Source of the DNA: Methanobacteriota archaeon
GTDB taxonomy: Archaea > Thermoplasmatota > Poseidoniia > Poseidoniales > Poseidoniaceae
Direction: 5' to 3'
Assembly (NCBI GenBank): GCA_949514915.1
Contig: CATFLP010000104.1
Span: 2,480 to 66,479, forward strand
Length of the DNA stretch: 64,000 bases
In this document: one piece after another, positions 10,959-21,881 of the stretch
Layout: every line of letters starts with the position of its first letter
How positions within the stretch are numbered: position 1 is the stretch's first letter
Made by a program: the position numbers and the translations under genes
The notes under the pieces: model-generated
What the model was told of the DNA's origin: nothing
What the model saw: only the letters and a program-made list of their open reading frames with translations
Database searches by the model: none

Positions 10959-13900
10959 GCCTGTCCGAAATGTGTAGATGAATTAATAGCAATGTTGTTT
11001 TTATTTTTGGATTTCAAAGTTTGATAGTTTACTTGTAATTTTATTGGTTTCAAACTACCTTTTTTTGCCTCAATTATTGCAGCAACTTCCATTTTAGCTC
11101 CTGAAATTGTTGTGACAAATGGGATATTCATTTCCACTGCTAATCTTCTCATAATATTTCCATCTCTTACAGCACCACCACTTATTGTTGGCACATTAAT
11201 AATGAATTGAATTTTTCCTTGGTGCATTAAGTCTAATGCATCTGGATGACCTGGTTCATTAATTCGATATGCAGTATTTACGTTGATTGAATTTTTCCTT
11301 AATGTGTCAGAAGTTCCTGGAGTTGCATATAGTTCAAAACCCATATTTTCTAGTTTCCTTGCTAAGGGAATTAGTGATTGTTTGTCTTCATCTCTTACAG
11401 TTAAATATGCTCCTCCAGATGTTGCAACAGGAATTTCAGTTGCTAATCTTGCTTTTAGATATGCACTTTCAGCTGAAGTATCACTTCCCATAACTTCTCC
11501 TGTAGATTTCATTTCTGGACCTGGTGCTGGATCTAATCCAACTAATTTTATGAATGGGAATACTGGTGCTTTAACACATACATGACCTTTAGTTGGTTCA
11601 GGAATTATTTGTTTAGATAATTCCACACCCAATGTTGCTTTCGCGGATATTTTTGCTAATGGAACTCCTGTTGCTTTTGCTACAAATGGTACAGTTCTAC
11701 TTGATCTCGGATTTACTTCAAGAACATATAATTCATTATCTTGAATTGCAAATTGGATGTTAAAACAACCTACGATTTTTAATCCAATGCCAATTGTTTT
11801 TGTTTGTTCTTTAACTAGTTTTAAAATATCTTCTGAAATATTTTGAGTGGGTATGAAACAAGTTGAATCACCAGAATGAATTCCAGCCTCTTCTAAGTGC
11901 TCCATTATTGCACCTACAAGGACTTCTTTACCATCAGAAACAGCATCTACGTCAAGTTCTATTGCATGTGATAAATATTGATCAACAAGAATTGGTTTTT
12001 CAGGTGTAATATATGCCTCAGAAAGATAAGCATTTAGTTGCTTATCATTAGTAAGTACTTCCATACCTCGGCCACCTAAAACATAAGAAGGCCTTATTAA
12101 TACAGGGAATCCAATCTTGTTTACTGCCGCTCTCACTTCATCTGATGTTTTCCCAGTTAATCCATGTGGCATTTTCAGGCCATTTTCTTTTGAGAATTTT
12201 TCAAACCTTTCTCTGTCACTTGCTTCATCAATTGCATCAATACTTGTGCCTAATAATTTTAGATTTAGTCCAAATTTTTCTAGAACATCCATTCTTTTTT
12301 GCAGAGGTAATGCCAAATTTATTGCAGTTTGCCCTCCGAACTGTAGAAGAATTCCATGAGCTCTTTCTCTAAGTAATATTTCTATTACATATTCAATGCT
12401 TAATGGTTCAAAATAAAGTCTGTTTGATGTGTCAAAATCAGTAGATACTGTTTCAGGGTTATTATTGATTATTATCGCTTCATCACCATGATCTCTAATT
12501 GATTTTACTGCATGTACGCACCCATAATCGAATTCAATCCCCTGGCCAATTCTTATTGGGCCACTTCCAATAACTACATGTCTTTTTGGTGATTTCGGCT
12601 TAAATTTAATCAAATCAATTCCACTTTCGTTATTGATAGTTCCTTCTTCGTATGTTGAATAATAGTATGGTGTTGTGGCTGCAAATTCTGCTGCGCATGA
12701 ATCAACCATACGATATTTAGGATGAACTCCTAATTTGTGTCTTTGAGCCATCACAGCTATTTCTGATTGACTTTCTCGTAAAAATTTCCATCCTTTCGTT
12801 GGGAAATTTGCTAATGCATCTGCTATATATGCATCACTAAATCCATATCTTTTCCAAACTCTAAGAGACTCCTCTTTAATTTCATCAGGAGAATTACCAG
12901 AATTTACAATTTCATTTTCTATTTCTATAATCTCTTCAATTCTATATAAAAACCATTTAGTAATACTAGTGTGATTATGAATTTTATCTACGCTCCAACC
13001 TCTCCTAAATGCTTCTAAAATAGCAGATAATCTTCTATCGGTGGGGACTTCTAGCCAATTTGTAAGTACTTCTTCACTTAATTTTTCTTTGGCTCGGATA
13101 ATCATATCATCTCCTTCTGATTCATCTGCCTTGGTAAGAGGTCTTGGATGAGGGTTTCCTGTTTCCAAACTTCCCCAAGCTTTTAGAAATGCTTCTTGAA
13201 ATGACCTTCCTATTGCCATTACTTCACCTGTTGATTTCATTGAAGTGCCTAATGTTCTATTTGCAGTTCTAAATTTATCAAAAGGCCAACGAGGGATTTT
13301 TACTACGCAATAATCTAGTGTTGGCTCAAAAGCAGCAGTAGTTCCATGACCTGTAATTGGATTTGGCAACTCATCTAATGAGTAACCTATTGCAATTTTA
13401 GCAGCGATTCTAGCAATAGGATATCCTGTTGCTTTACTTGCTAATGCTGATGATCTACTAACTCTTGGGTTAACCTCTATCACTCGAATATCTCCATTTT
13501 TTTGATTTACAGCAAATTGAACATTACACCCTCCACAGATGTTTAATTCCCTAATCAATTTAAGTGAACAATCTCGAAGATATTGATGATCATTATCAGA
13601 TAATGATTGAACTGGAGCTACAACAATACTTTCTCCTGTATGCACTCCCATTGGGTCTAAATTCTCCATTGTACAGACAATGATGCAATTATCATTTGCA
13701 TCTCTTACAACTTCATATTCATGTTCTTGCCAACCTAGTATTGATTCTTCTATTAGTACCTGGTTAATTCTACTATTTCTTATCCCTAGTGATGAAACTT
13801 CAACTAATTCGCCGATGTTGTTAACAGTTCCTCCTCCAAGTCCTCCCAAGGTAAATGCAGGTCTTACCAATAATGGCCATGTGCCTAGTTTTTCAGCTGC

Positions 13901-14371
13901 TTTGATTACTTCTTCAATAGAATTACAAGCAATTGCTTTAGGTACAGGTAAATCTATAGATTCGCATATATCTTTGAATAAAGCACGATCTTCTGCTTTT
14001 TCAATAGCATCTAAATCAGAACCTATCAATTCTACATCATATTTCTCAAGAGTGCCATCATTTGCCAATTCTGTAGCTATGTTTAATGCAGTTTGTCCAC
14101 CCATTCCTGCAAGTAAAGCATCTGGTTTTTCAATTTCAATAATCTTTCTTACAACATCTGGTAGTAAGGGTTCAATATATACTACGTCAGCCATCTCAGG
14201 GTCATTTTGTATGGTAGCAGGGTTTGAATTTACTAATATGACCTCAAAGCCATCTTCTCTTAATGCTCGGCATGCTTGAGAGCCACTAAAATCGAATTCT
14301 GCAGCTTGACCTATTCTTATTGGTCCACTTCCTAGCAAAAGAATTCTATTAATGTCATTTCTTCTTGGCAT
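10955..14371 (-). CDS. carB: Carbamoyl-phosphate synthase large subunit
   Basis: Duplicated ATP-grasp halves, N-terminus MPRRNDINRILLLGSGPIRIGQAAEFD. The true ATG is at 14371-14369 and overlaps the carA stop as TAATG; the tool ORF starts 9 nt earlier on a TTG. Confidence 0.92.
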   Translation of the reverse strand: MPRRNDINRILLLGSGPIRIGQAAEFDFSGSQACRALREDGFEVILVNSNPATIQNDPEMADVVYIEPLLPDVVRKIIEIEKPDALLAGMGGQTALNIATELANDGTLEKYDVELIGSDLDAIEKAEDRALFKDICESIDLPVPKAIACNSIEEVIKAAEKLGTWPLLVRPAFTLGGLGGGTVNNIGELVEVSSLGIRNSRINQVLIEESILGWQEHEYEVVRDANDNCIIVCTMENLDPMGVHTGESIVVAPVQSLSDNDHQYLRDCSLKLIRELNICGGCNVQFAVNQKNGDIRVIEVNPRVSRSSALASKATGYPIARIAAKIAIGYSLDELPNPITGHGTTAAFEPTLDYCVVKIPRWPFDKFRTANRTLGTSMKSTGEVMAIGRSFQEAFLKAWGSLETGNPHPRPLTKADESEGDDMIIRAKEKLSEEVLTNWLEVPTDRRLSAILEAFRRGWSVDKIHNHTSITKWFLYRIEEIIEIENEIVNSGNSPDEIKEESLRVWKRYGFSDAYIADALANFPTKGWKFLRESQSEIAVMAQRHKLGVHPKYRMVDSCAAEFAATTPYYYSTYEEGTINNESGIDLIKFKPKSPKRHVVIGSGPIRIGQGIEFDYGCVHAVKSIRDHGDEAIIINNNPETVSTDFDTSNRLYFEPLSIEYVIEILLRERAHGILLQFGGQTAINLALPLQKRMDVLEKFGLNLKLLGTSIDAIDEASDRERFEKFSKENGLKMPHGLTGKTSDEVRAAVNKIGFPVLIRPSYVLGGRGMEVLTNDKQLNAYLSEAYITPEKPILVDQYLSHAIELDVDAVSDGKEVLVGAIMEHLEEAGIHSGDSTCFIPTQNISEDILKLVKEQTKTIGIGLKIVGCFNIQFAIQDNELYVLEVNPRSSRTVPFVAKATGVPLAKISAKATLGVELSKQIIPEPTKGHVCVKAPVFPFIKLVGLDPAPGPEMKSTGEVMGSDTSAESAYLKARLATEIPVATSGGAYLTVRDEDKQSLIPLARKLENMGFELYATPGTSDTLRKNSINVNTAYRINEPGHPDALDLMHQGKIQFIINVPTISGGAVRDGNIMRRLAVEMNIPFVTTISGAKMEVAAIIEAKKGSLKPIKLQVNYQTLKSKNKNNIAINSSTHFGQA

Positions 14372-15678
14372 TATAGACAACTCCTTACTAATTCTTCAAA
14401 TTGATCAAATAATTTTGATGCATCATGCGGACCAGGGCAGGCTTCAGGATGATATTGTACACTAAATGCAGGTTTTCCAATAACTTCTAATCCCTCAACG
14501 GTATTGTCATTTGCATTAATATGTGATACTTTGACTTTAGAACCAATTAAGTTTTCTTCTTTTCCAGAACTAACTCCAGATGGATGTTCAGCTAATCTTC
14601 CTTTAAGTGGGTCTGCAACTGCAAAGCCGTGATTTTGTGAGGTTATGCTAACTTTTCCAGTTTTTACGTTAATTACTGGTTGATTAGCTCCTCTATGGCC
14701 ATATAGCATCTTGTATGTTTCAAGTCCAGCAGCAAGCCCTAGTAGTTGGTGTCCTAAGCAAATGCCCATTGTTGGCATGCCAGATTTTATTCCCTCTGCT
14801 AATGTTCTCCTTGCTGATGTGGCGCTTTCTTTCTGTGCTGGGTCTCCAGGGCCATTTGAACAAAATAATGCTGATATTTTCCATTTAGAAACTAAATCCT
14901 CAAATTCAATATTTGGAGGGCACCATAAAACTTCAAATCTTTTTGTTAATTCTCTGATTATGTTATATTTTATACCACAATCTAGAACTCCAAGCCGAGG
15001 GAGTGCATTTCCATTTTTGTCCTTTACTCCTTCATTGACAAGGGTTGGTTCAGAAATAGAAACCATCTTAATTAAGTCATTTATTGATGGATCTTCTATT
15101 GTAGTAAGAATTTCTCTTAACTCTTCTTCTTTTTCAAGTGGACCCATTACACATAATAATGTTCCATACTCTCTTACTTTTTTTGTAATTGCTCTTGTAT
15201 CAACTTTTCTTAATCCAGGAATTTCATGAATTCTTAGTAATTCATCAACATTTCCTATTGAGTCTCTATGATCTGGGTGAATGATGACTTCTCTACAAAT
15301 TAATGCTCGAGGCCAAACAGAAGAACTCTCTGAAGCAGAAGGATGAATTCCATAATTTCCAATTAATGGGTATGTAAAAGTTAGAACTTGGCCAGCAAAA
15401 GATGGATCTGTAAGACTTTCTTGATAACCAGTCATTCCAGTTGTGAAGACTAATTCTCCTTGTGCAATTCCTTTTGCACCAAATAATTCACCTTCAAATC
15501 TACTTCCGTCTGCCAAAAGTAATACTCCCTTTCCTTCTGCGGCTATTGGTAAAACCGTATTTTTATTTTTAGCTAAAACTAGTTTATCCGATGCATCTAC
15601 GAAACTAATTGGGTTCTTTACTCCAAGTTGCCCTAGGCCCGGATTAAACCCGCCTCCGCTCCTCTTAGACGCCGACAT
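14371..15678 (-). CDS. carA: Carbamoyl-phosphate synthase small subunit (glutamine amidotransferase)
   Basis: CPSase small-subunit N-domain (GEVVFTTGMTGYQE-like) and class I GATase triad (GICLGHQLL). The N-terminus as called may be extended. Confidence 0.88.
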   Translation of the reverse strand: MSASKRSGGGFNPGLGQLGVKNPISFVDASDKLVLAKNKNTVLPIAAEGKGVLLLADGSRFEGELFGAKGIAQGELVFTTGMTGYQESLTDPSFAGQVLTFTYPLIGNYGIHPSASESSSVWPRALICREVIIHPDHRDSIGNVDELLRIHEIPGLRKVDTRAITKKVREYGTLLCVMGPLEKEEELREILTTIEDPSINDLIKMVSISEPTLVNEGVKDKNGNALPRLGVLDCGIKYNIIRELTKRFEVLWCPPNIEFEDLVSKWKISALFCSNGPGDPAQKESATSARRTLAEGIKSGMPTMGICLGHQLLGLAAGLETYKMLYGHRGANQPVINVKTGKVSITSQNHGFAVADPLKGRLAEHPSGVSSGKEENLIGSKVKVSHINANDNTVEGLEVIGKPAFSVQYHPEACPGPHDASKLFDQFEELVRSCL

Positions 15679-15732
15679 CAGCCCATGTCGTTGAATAGAC
15701 TCAATAAGGATTGAGGATAAAAATTATTTTTT

Positions 15733-16422
15733 TTATTCTTCTTCGGACAATAATTTTTCATTATTTTTTGTATTAAAACCATGATCTATTACATTCTTGC
15801 CATCTATATCTGGTATAATCTCTAATATTGGATTTGAGAAATCTTTTTCTGTAGATTTCCCCTCATATATTGCATCCAGAATTAGAGCAAGAGCAGCAAC
15901 TTCACTATGTGGTTGATTGCCCACAGATACGTTGTAATCTGCCGTTCTATAGATTGAAGCAGGAACTTTAGCACCTCCAACTACAATTGCTAATGGCTTA
16001 TCTTTAGGAATTTTTTTGACTATTTTCCTATAGTCTTCTCCATACATAGTGAGGTGTATTATAGTTCCTTTTTTGCCATGTTGATCATTTGATTTAAAGT
16101 TCCTAAGCCAATTCATTGGCGATTCTAAATGCTTTGTATTGAATTTCCCTCCGAATGTTTTTGTCACTTGATTAATCGTTTCAAACATTTTATGGTCTTT
16201 ATCTCCCGAAACAAAGAATTCGTCAGCACCCAAAGCTCTTGATACAAGTCCTAGGTGTGTGTTTATTCTTGGGTCTCTTCCAACTCTGTAACCTAATCTT
16301 AGAACAGTAATAGGAAATGGATGTTTAGACACATATTCACCTTTTGAATTATTCTGGATTTTCAGAATCATTATTTTCAAGATATTCGATGTTAGAATTT
16401 TCTTTTGTGATGCTTGCTTCAT
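15733..16422 (-). CDS. trm56: tRNA (cytidine56-2'-O)-methyltransferase (aTrm56, SPOUT)
   Basis: VLRLGYRVGRDPRINTHLGLVSRALGADEFFVSGD matches the aTrm56 N-terminal signature. The start is probably the internal Met at 16371, which would shrink the overlap with the upstream ORF. Confidence 0.6.
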   Translation of the reverse strand: MKQASQKKILTSNILKIMILKIQNNSKGEYVSKHPFPITVLRLGYRVGRDPRINTHLGLVSRALGADEFFVSGDKDHKMFETINQVTKTFGGKFNTKHLESPMNWLRNFKSNDQHGKKGTIIHLTMYGEDYRKIVKKIPKDKPLAIVVGGAKVPASIYRTADYNVSVGNQPHSEVAALALILDAIYEGKSTEKDFSNPILEIIPDIDGKNVIDHGFNTKNNEKLLSEEE

Positions 16423-16996
16423 GCATTTCTAAAAACCTTTTAACCCAAGATAATAAGAATGCCTCCATCAACATTTTTGAACCTACGTATACTCCAGAAC
16501 CAATTATTGCTAGTTTAGTACAAAGCCATAATATCGTACTCATCTCAGCCTCAGTTTGACTAAAAATAAGCATTCCTAATGGTTCAATGATAAAATATAC
16601 TGAGATTAATAGTAAAAATCCTGCAATAGTTCCTGGTCCAGGTCTACCTAATTCTCTACTCATCATATTAAGTACAGATCCTGCAAAAACCAACAATGGA
16701 AGTATTGCAGAAATAATCTCATAGTCTAGTTGTGTTATTAATTCTGGTTCATTGAATGTAGTTGATTTAAATTTAATGAATACAAGCCACCAAAATAATA
16801 GAAGGCTACCAATGATTGTGCCAGAAAAAACAGCTCTTTTATGTATCATTTCGTCAATTGTATGACTATCCTTTACATCCATTCTTTCAAGAATTGCATC
16901 TGCTAATTGCCATGGATCAATTCCTCCAGATTCGTTCGAAACAGTATTTTCTACAATTATCTCGTTAGTAGAAATCATCGCCGCCTCCTCATCCAT
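16349..16996 (-). CDS. Membrane protein, unknown function
   Basis: 215 aa with about 5 TM segments; divergently arranged with folP. Confidence 0.4.
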   Translation of the reverse strand: MDEEAAMISTNEIIVENTVSNESGGIDPWQLADAILERMDVKDSHTIDEMIHKRAVFSGTIIGSLLLFWWLVFIKFKSTTFNEPELITQLDYEIISAILPLLVFAGSVLNMMSRELGRPGPGTIAGFLLLISVYFIIEPLGMLIFSQTEAEMSTILWLCTKLAIIGSGVYVGSKMLMEAFLLSWVKRFLEMHEASITKENSNIEYLENNDSENPE

Positions 16997-17050
16997 TATG
17001 CACGGGCTGTTTTGCTAACTGATAAAGACTCGCAAGCATAGCGGGGTAAC

Positions 17051-17923
17051 ATGGCGAGTTCTGGCCCTTCTGAGCATCAGCGGCCAACATTGTCTGAACT
17101 GTCAAAATTGATTCGTAAAGATTCAAGTAATAAGCCTAGAATAATGGGTATAGTTAATGTAACTCCAGATTCATTCCATAAAGAATCTCGTAAGGATAAG
17201 AATGCTGCAATAAATGCAGCATTAGAAATGTGGGATTCAGGTGCACTTTGGGTAGATATTGGTGGTGAATCAACTAGGCCTGGTTCAGAAGAAGTGTCAT
17301 TAGATGAGGAATTAGATAGGGTGATTCCAGTAATAGAGAAACTAAAAAAGATAAAACCAAATGGATTAATTTCAATTGATACAAAAAAAGCTGAGGTAGC
17401 AAAACAAGCAATTTTAGCTGGAGCATTAATGATTAACGACGTTTCAGGTTTAAGAAGTAAAGAGATGTTTGAATTAGTCCTATCTGAAAAAATACCTGTT
17501 TGTATTATGCATATGCAAAAAAACCCAGAAAATATGCAAGTATCTCCTTACTATGATGACTGCTTAGGTGAAGTTTGTGAATATTTGTTTTCAAAAGCAG
17601 ATGATTTGATAAGCCAAGGTTTTCCAAAAGAATTAATTGTATTGGATCCAGGAATAGGTTTTGGAAAATTATTAAATCATAATTTAGAACTTTTAAGAGG
17701 AACTGAGAGAATAAGAAGAGATGGTTTTAGTGTATTGCATGGAGTTAGTAGAAAGTCGATGATTGGTGAATTAACAAATAATAAATCAATTGAAAAAAGA
17801 TTACCTGGGACTTTAGCAGTTTCAGCATTTGGGCAACTTAATGGAATTGATATAATTAGGGTGCATGATGTAGCAGAGCATGTTGATTTAACTAATGTAT
17901 TAAGTGCTATAGTGAATGAATAG
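17051..17923 (+). CDS. folP: Dihydropteroate synthase
   Basis: GIVNVTPDSFHKES pterin-binding motif and TIM-barrel DHPS pattern (IDIGGESTRPG). Confidence 0.85.
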   Translation: MASSGPSEHQRPTLSELSKLIRKDSSNKPRIMGIVNVTPDSFHKESRKDKNAAINAALEMWDSGALWVDIGGESTRPGSEEVSLDEELDRVIPVIEKLKKIKPNGLISIDTKKAEVAKQAILAGALMINDVSGLRSKEMFELVLSEKIPVCIMHMQKNPENMQVSPYYDDCLGEVCEYLFSKADDLISQGFPKELIVLDPGIGFGKLLNHNLELLRGTERIRRDGFSVLHGVSRKSMIGELTNNKSIEKRLPGTLAVSAFGQLNGIDIIRVHDVAEHVDLTNVLSAIVNE

Positions 17924-19102
17924 GTGAGTTTAATGGGAGAGGATAGTGATTTAGTAATTTCTATAGAAGACAACATATTATTGGTAGGAACTGCTCATAT
18001 AAGTAAAGAGTCAGTTGAATTAGTTCGAAATGAAATAGAGAGTTGGAATCCAGATTTTGTTGCAGTTGAATTATGCCAAAGTAGATTTAAGGCACTTTCT
18101 GAAAATAGGCGTTTAGACAAAGAAAGTTTACTAAAAGTAATCAAAGAAGGAAAGGCTCCACTTATTCTCATGCAGAGTCTACTAGCTTCTGAGCAAAGAA
18201 AATTAGGGCTTAGTGAAGAAATGCAACCTGGAGCAGAATTAATTGAGGCAATATCAATTGCTAAACAAAATAAAAAAGAGATTGCTTTGATTGATAGAGA
18301 TATACAAGTTACATTGAGAAGGGCTTGGAAGAAAATGAAATTTCGTGAAAAGTTTAGATTATTGTTTTCATTAATTGGTGAAGATGAAATTGATGATGAA
18401 TTTGATGTTAATCAAATACTAGAGAATAAAGATTTAATGACTATGATGATGGATGAATTAAAGCAAGTAGCACCAGGTGCAGGATCTGTGTTAGTTGATG
18501 AAAGAGATGAATATCTAGCACATAACATTCTTCAAAAAAGTGCCTCTGGAAAAGTACTTGCTGTTATTGGGGCAGGTCATTTAGATGGCGTAAAGATGCA
18601 TTTATCATCATTAAAAAAACCAAATAAAGAGAGAATTGAGATATTGTCTAGAGTGCCAAAAAAGAAAGTATATCAGAAATTTATACCTTGGATTATTCCA
18701 CTAATTTTATTTGGATTTATTCTAAAATCAGGTTTGGAAAAAGATTTTACCGAATTTGCAGAAATTTTAACCATTTGGGCATTAGCTAATTCAATATGTG
18801 CTGCATTTGCTGTAATTTTAGCTAGAGGGCATATTTTTGCAGTAATTACGGCTGCTTTAGCATCTCCTATTACATCTTTGAATCCATTTCTTGCTGCAGG
18901 ATGGTTCGCAGGTTATGTTCAAATGAAGGTAGATGAACCAACTACTGAAGATTTAACAAATTTTTTGAAATTAGAAGATTGGAAATCTTATTGGACTAAT
19001 TCGGCAGGAAAAGTATTGCTTGTAACTGCATTAGGTAATTTAGGCAGTATGTCTGGAGCATGGGTTGCGGCATCAATGATAGGATTATTTGGAGCATTGT
19101 AA
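17924..19102 (+). CDS. TraB/GumN family protein
   Basis: Soluble N-domain with ATAHISKESV/GAGHL motifs and a C-terminal membrane domain, as in TraB/PrgY family proteins. Confidence 0.65.
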   Translation: MSLMGEDSDLVISIEDNILLVGTAHISKESVELVRNEIESWNPDFVAVELCQSRFKALSENRRLDKESLLKVIKEGKAPLILMQSLLASEQRKLGLSEEMQPGAELIEAISIAKQNKKEIALIDRDIQVTLRRAWKKMKFREKFRLLFSLIGEDEIDDEFDVNQILENKDLMTMMMDELKQVAPGAGSVLVDERDEYLAHNILQKSASGKVLAVIGAGHLDGVKMHLSSLKKPNKERIEILSRVPKKKVYQKFIPWIIPLILFGFILKSGLEKDFTEFAEILTIWALANSICAAFAVILARGHIFAVITAALASPITSLNPFLAAGWFAGYVQMKVDEPTTEDLTNFLKLEDWKSYWTNSAGKVLLVTALGNLGSMSGAWVAASMIGLFGAL

Positions 19103-19128
19103 TTATTAATTATTTTACTTAAACTCTT

Positions 19129-20388
19129 ATGCTTGACCTGAGTCGCCTTGTCATGGACGAAAATGATGTTGTTATTATTGGAGGGGCAAGGACACCTTTT
19201 TGTGAATGGTTAGGTGGAAAAAGAGGGGATGGAGAATATGGAGGAAGGTTATCTTCACTTTCTGCAGAAGAACTTGGAACAATTGCAATAAAAGGTGCCT
19301 TAGAAAAAACAGGAACAAGTCCAAAAACAGTAGATCATGTGATTATGGGTCATGCACTTCAAACATCTGGGCAAGCAATTTTTGGAGCTAGGCATGCAGG
19401 ATTAAATGCAGGTATACCTCAAGAAGTACCTATGTTGACATTAAATCGATTATGCGGCAGTGGTGCCCAATCAATAGTTTCAGGTTCACAAATGATAATG
19501 CTTGGAGAGGCTGAAGTAATTGTAGCGGGTGGTATGGAAAATTTAAGTCAGGCACCTCATGTATTAAGAAATTCAAGAGATCAATACAAATTAGGTAGAC
19601 CTCCTAAGGCAGGAACAGAACTTGAAAAAGATATGGAAGATTATCTATTTACAAATTTAATCGATGGAACATGTAATATGTTTATGGCACAAACAAGTGA
19701 TGAATTATGTAAAAGAGTGGGAGTTACAAGAGAGGAAGCAGATGAATTTGCAGTTTTAAGCCATAGCAGGACGGAATATAGTGTAGATAATAATTTATTT
19801 TCTGAAGAGATAGTTCCTGTAGAAACTCCTAGTGGATTAATCGATTCATCACACGAAGACCATTTTGTAAGAGGAACTACTAAAGAATCATTATCGGAGT
19901 TAAGAACACATTTTGGTCCAGATTCATTAGTTACTGCAGGAAATGCATCGGGAGTCGTTGATGGTGCAGCCGCATTAGTATTAAAATCAGGGAAAAGAGC
20001 AAAATTAGATGATGATGTGCCACTTGCAAGAATAGTTTCTTGGGGAATTGTGGGATTAGAACCAGCAATTATGGCTTACGGGCCAGTTCCGAGTAGCAGA
20101 AAAGCATTGGAAAAAGCAGGTCTTTCAGCTGAAGATATAGACAGATGGGAAATTAATGAGGCATTTTCAGGTCAGGCTGTAGCTTGTATTAAAGAACTTG
20201 AAATTGATGTAGATAGAGTAAATGTTAATGGCGGAGCAGTTGGATTAGGTCATCCACTTGCAGCTACAGGAACAAGATTGATATTGACTTTATCACATGA
20301 ATTAAAAAGATGCGGTGGAAGATATGGAGTAGCAACTGCATGTATTGGCGGTGGACAAGGTATTGCAGTAATTATTGAAAGAATTTGA
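19129..20388 (+). CDS. Acetyl-CoA C-acetyltransferase (thiolase)
   Basis: Thiolase active-site Cys (NRLCGSG) and C-terminal GGGQG/CIGGGQGIA motif. Confidence 0.88.
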   Translation: MLDLSRLVMDENDVVIIGGARTPFCEWLGGKRGDGEYGGRLSSLSAEELGTIAIKGALEKTGTSPKTVDHVIMGHALQTSGQAIFGARHAGLNAGIPQEVPMLTLNRLCGSGAQSIVSGSQMIMLGEAEVIVAGGMENLSQAPHVLRNSRDQYKLGRPPKAGTELEKDMEDYLFTNLIDGTCNMFMAQTSDELCKRVGVTREEADEFAVLSHSRTEYSVDNNLFSEEIVPVETPSGLIDSSHEDHFVRGTTKESLSELRTHFGPDSLVTAGNASGVVDGAAALVLKSGKRAKLDDDVPLARIVSWGIVGLEPAIMAYGPVPSSRKALEKAGLSAEDIDRWEINEAFSGQAVACIKELEIDVDRVNVNGGAVGLGHPLAATGTRLILTLSHELKRCGGRYGVATACIGGGQGIAVIIERI

Positions 20389-21857
20389 GGTGCTTTTTAT
20401 TGACAAATAAAGTAGACTCGGTCGTAGATAAGTATTTACTCACTTCAAATCCATTAAAGAAATGGTTATCAATTATTTTTGGATGTATTTTCACATTTTT
20501 TTCAATTATAGGAATATTTATTCCAGGGTGGCCAACTGTGTCTTGGGCCGTTCCAGCAGCTTTTTTGTTTTCTATTTCTAGTGAGAGATTATTTCGTTGG
20601 TCTCTTACAAACAAATTTTTTGGTTCTGCTATTTTAGAATATTATCATACAGGTAAAACAATACCAAAACATGCCAAATTAGGAATATGTCTTTTAATTT
20701 TGTTAATGGTTGTAATTTCTGCAATTTCTACATTTCATTTAGGTGATCCAGGATACGGCTCTATCACAATTATAATCGTGGGCCTTATTGGAATTTGTTA
20801 CGTTAGTTTTATTGTAAAATCAAGAGAATCTTTGAATTATAAATCCTCTAGGCCTAAATTAGCAATTTATTCAATATTGTATGTAATCATGTTATTGATT
20901 CCTATTCTTTATTCGGGATTGGGGTTTGTGATAGCTACTCAATCAGGTTTGCAATTATCTCAAACATGTGGTGTTTTTGAAGAAAACACTCCTAGTGATT
21001 GGGATATGGACGATGAAGATTGGTATCTTAATTATGCTAATGGCGAAGAGAGAATTAAATTAAGGCAAGAAATGAATGTAAGTGAATATCAATTTCCATT
21101 TGAGGAAGTTAATTTCCCAAGTAGGAGTGAAGGTGTAACAATAAGCGGGTGGTATCAATTTGTAGATTCAGAGTCACCGACAGTAATTATTACTCACGGT
21201 GTAGGTACAAATGGAAAGTGTAAACATGAACCTTTGATGGTTTCTGCAATGCTTTATAAAAATGGAATTAACACACTTTCTATAGATTTACAAGGTTATG
21301 GTAATAGCACAGTAGTAGATGAATATATGAAAATTGGTCAAGCAGAATATCTAGATGTTTTAGGCGCAGTTGATTATTTGATAGATTCTAGAAATGTTAG
21401 TGAAAATAAAATAGGCGTTATGGGTATTTCATTAGGTGGCATAGCTGCTTCAATTGCTTTTTCAGAGGATGAAAGAATATCTGCTATTTGGTTAGAGGCA
21501 GCCCCCTCAGATTTCCAAATATTAGTTGAAGATCAATTAGCAGAACTTGGCTTTCCTAAGTTATTAGGAAGTTCTGCAATAAGGTGGGTTGAAGTATTTA
21601 TTGGGGTAAATCCAAATGAAATTCCAGCAACAAATTCAGCATCATCTGCAGGAGAAAGGCCTATGTTCTTATGTCATGGTTATGAAGATGATTTAGTTCC
21701 AATATCTCATTCTCAATCATTAGAAAAATTAGCATTAGAGAATAACGTAAATGTAACTTCTTGGTATGTTGAAGGTGCAAACCATGTAGATGCAATTTGG
21801 AGTCATACAGAAGAATATGAGGATAATTTGACAGCGTTTTTCAAATCATTAAACTAA
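20385..21857 (+). CDS. Fusion protein: DUF454 (YbaN-like) membrane domain plus alpha/beta-hydrolase (dienelactone hydrolase/S9-like) domain
   Basis: N-terminal PGWPTVSWAVPAAFLFSISSERLFRWS matches DUF454. The C-terminal half has a GxSxG nucleophile elbow (GISLGG), an acid residue (CHGYEDDLVP) and a His (ANHVD). Confidence 0.55.
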   Translation: MRCFLLTNKVDSVVDKYLLTSNPLKKWLSIIFGCIFTFFSIIGIFIPGWPTVSWAVPAAFLFSISSERLFRWSLTNKFFGSAILEYYHTGKTIPKHAKLGICLLILLMVVISAISTFHLGDPGYGSITIIIVGLIGICYVSFIVKSRESLNYKSSRPKLAIYSILYVIMLLIPILYSGLGFVIATQSGLQLSQTCGVFEENTPSDWDMDDEDWYLNYANGEERIKLRQEMNVSEYQFPFEEVNFPSRSEGVTISGWYQFVDSESPTVIITHGVGTNGKCKHEPLMVSAMLYKNGINTLSIDLQGYGNSTVVDEYMKIGQAEYLDVLGAVDYLIDSRNVSENKIGVMGISLGGIAASIAFSEDERISAIWLEAAPSDFQILVEDQLAELGFPKLLGSSAIRWVEVFIGVNPNEIPATNSASSAGERPMFLCHGYEDDLVPISHSQSLEKLALENNVNVTSWYVEGANHVDAIWSHTEEYEDNLTAFFKSLN

Positions 21858-21881
21858 TAATTTTTTAATTTAGGCGAGATT

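Noticed and set aside
11283-15229. Antisense ORFs within carB and carA (11283-11585, 12117-12372, 13680-14279, 14711-15229)
   Set aside because: Each overlaps a highly conserved CPSase coding region on the opposite strand. They have Ser/Pro/Leu-rich composition typical of antisense frames.
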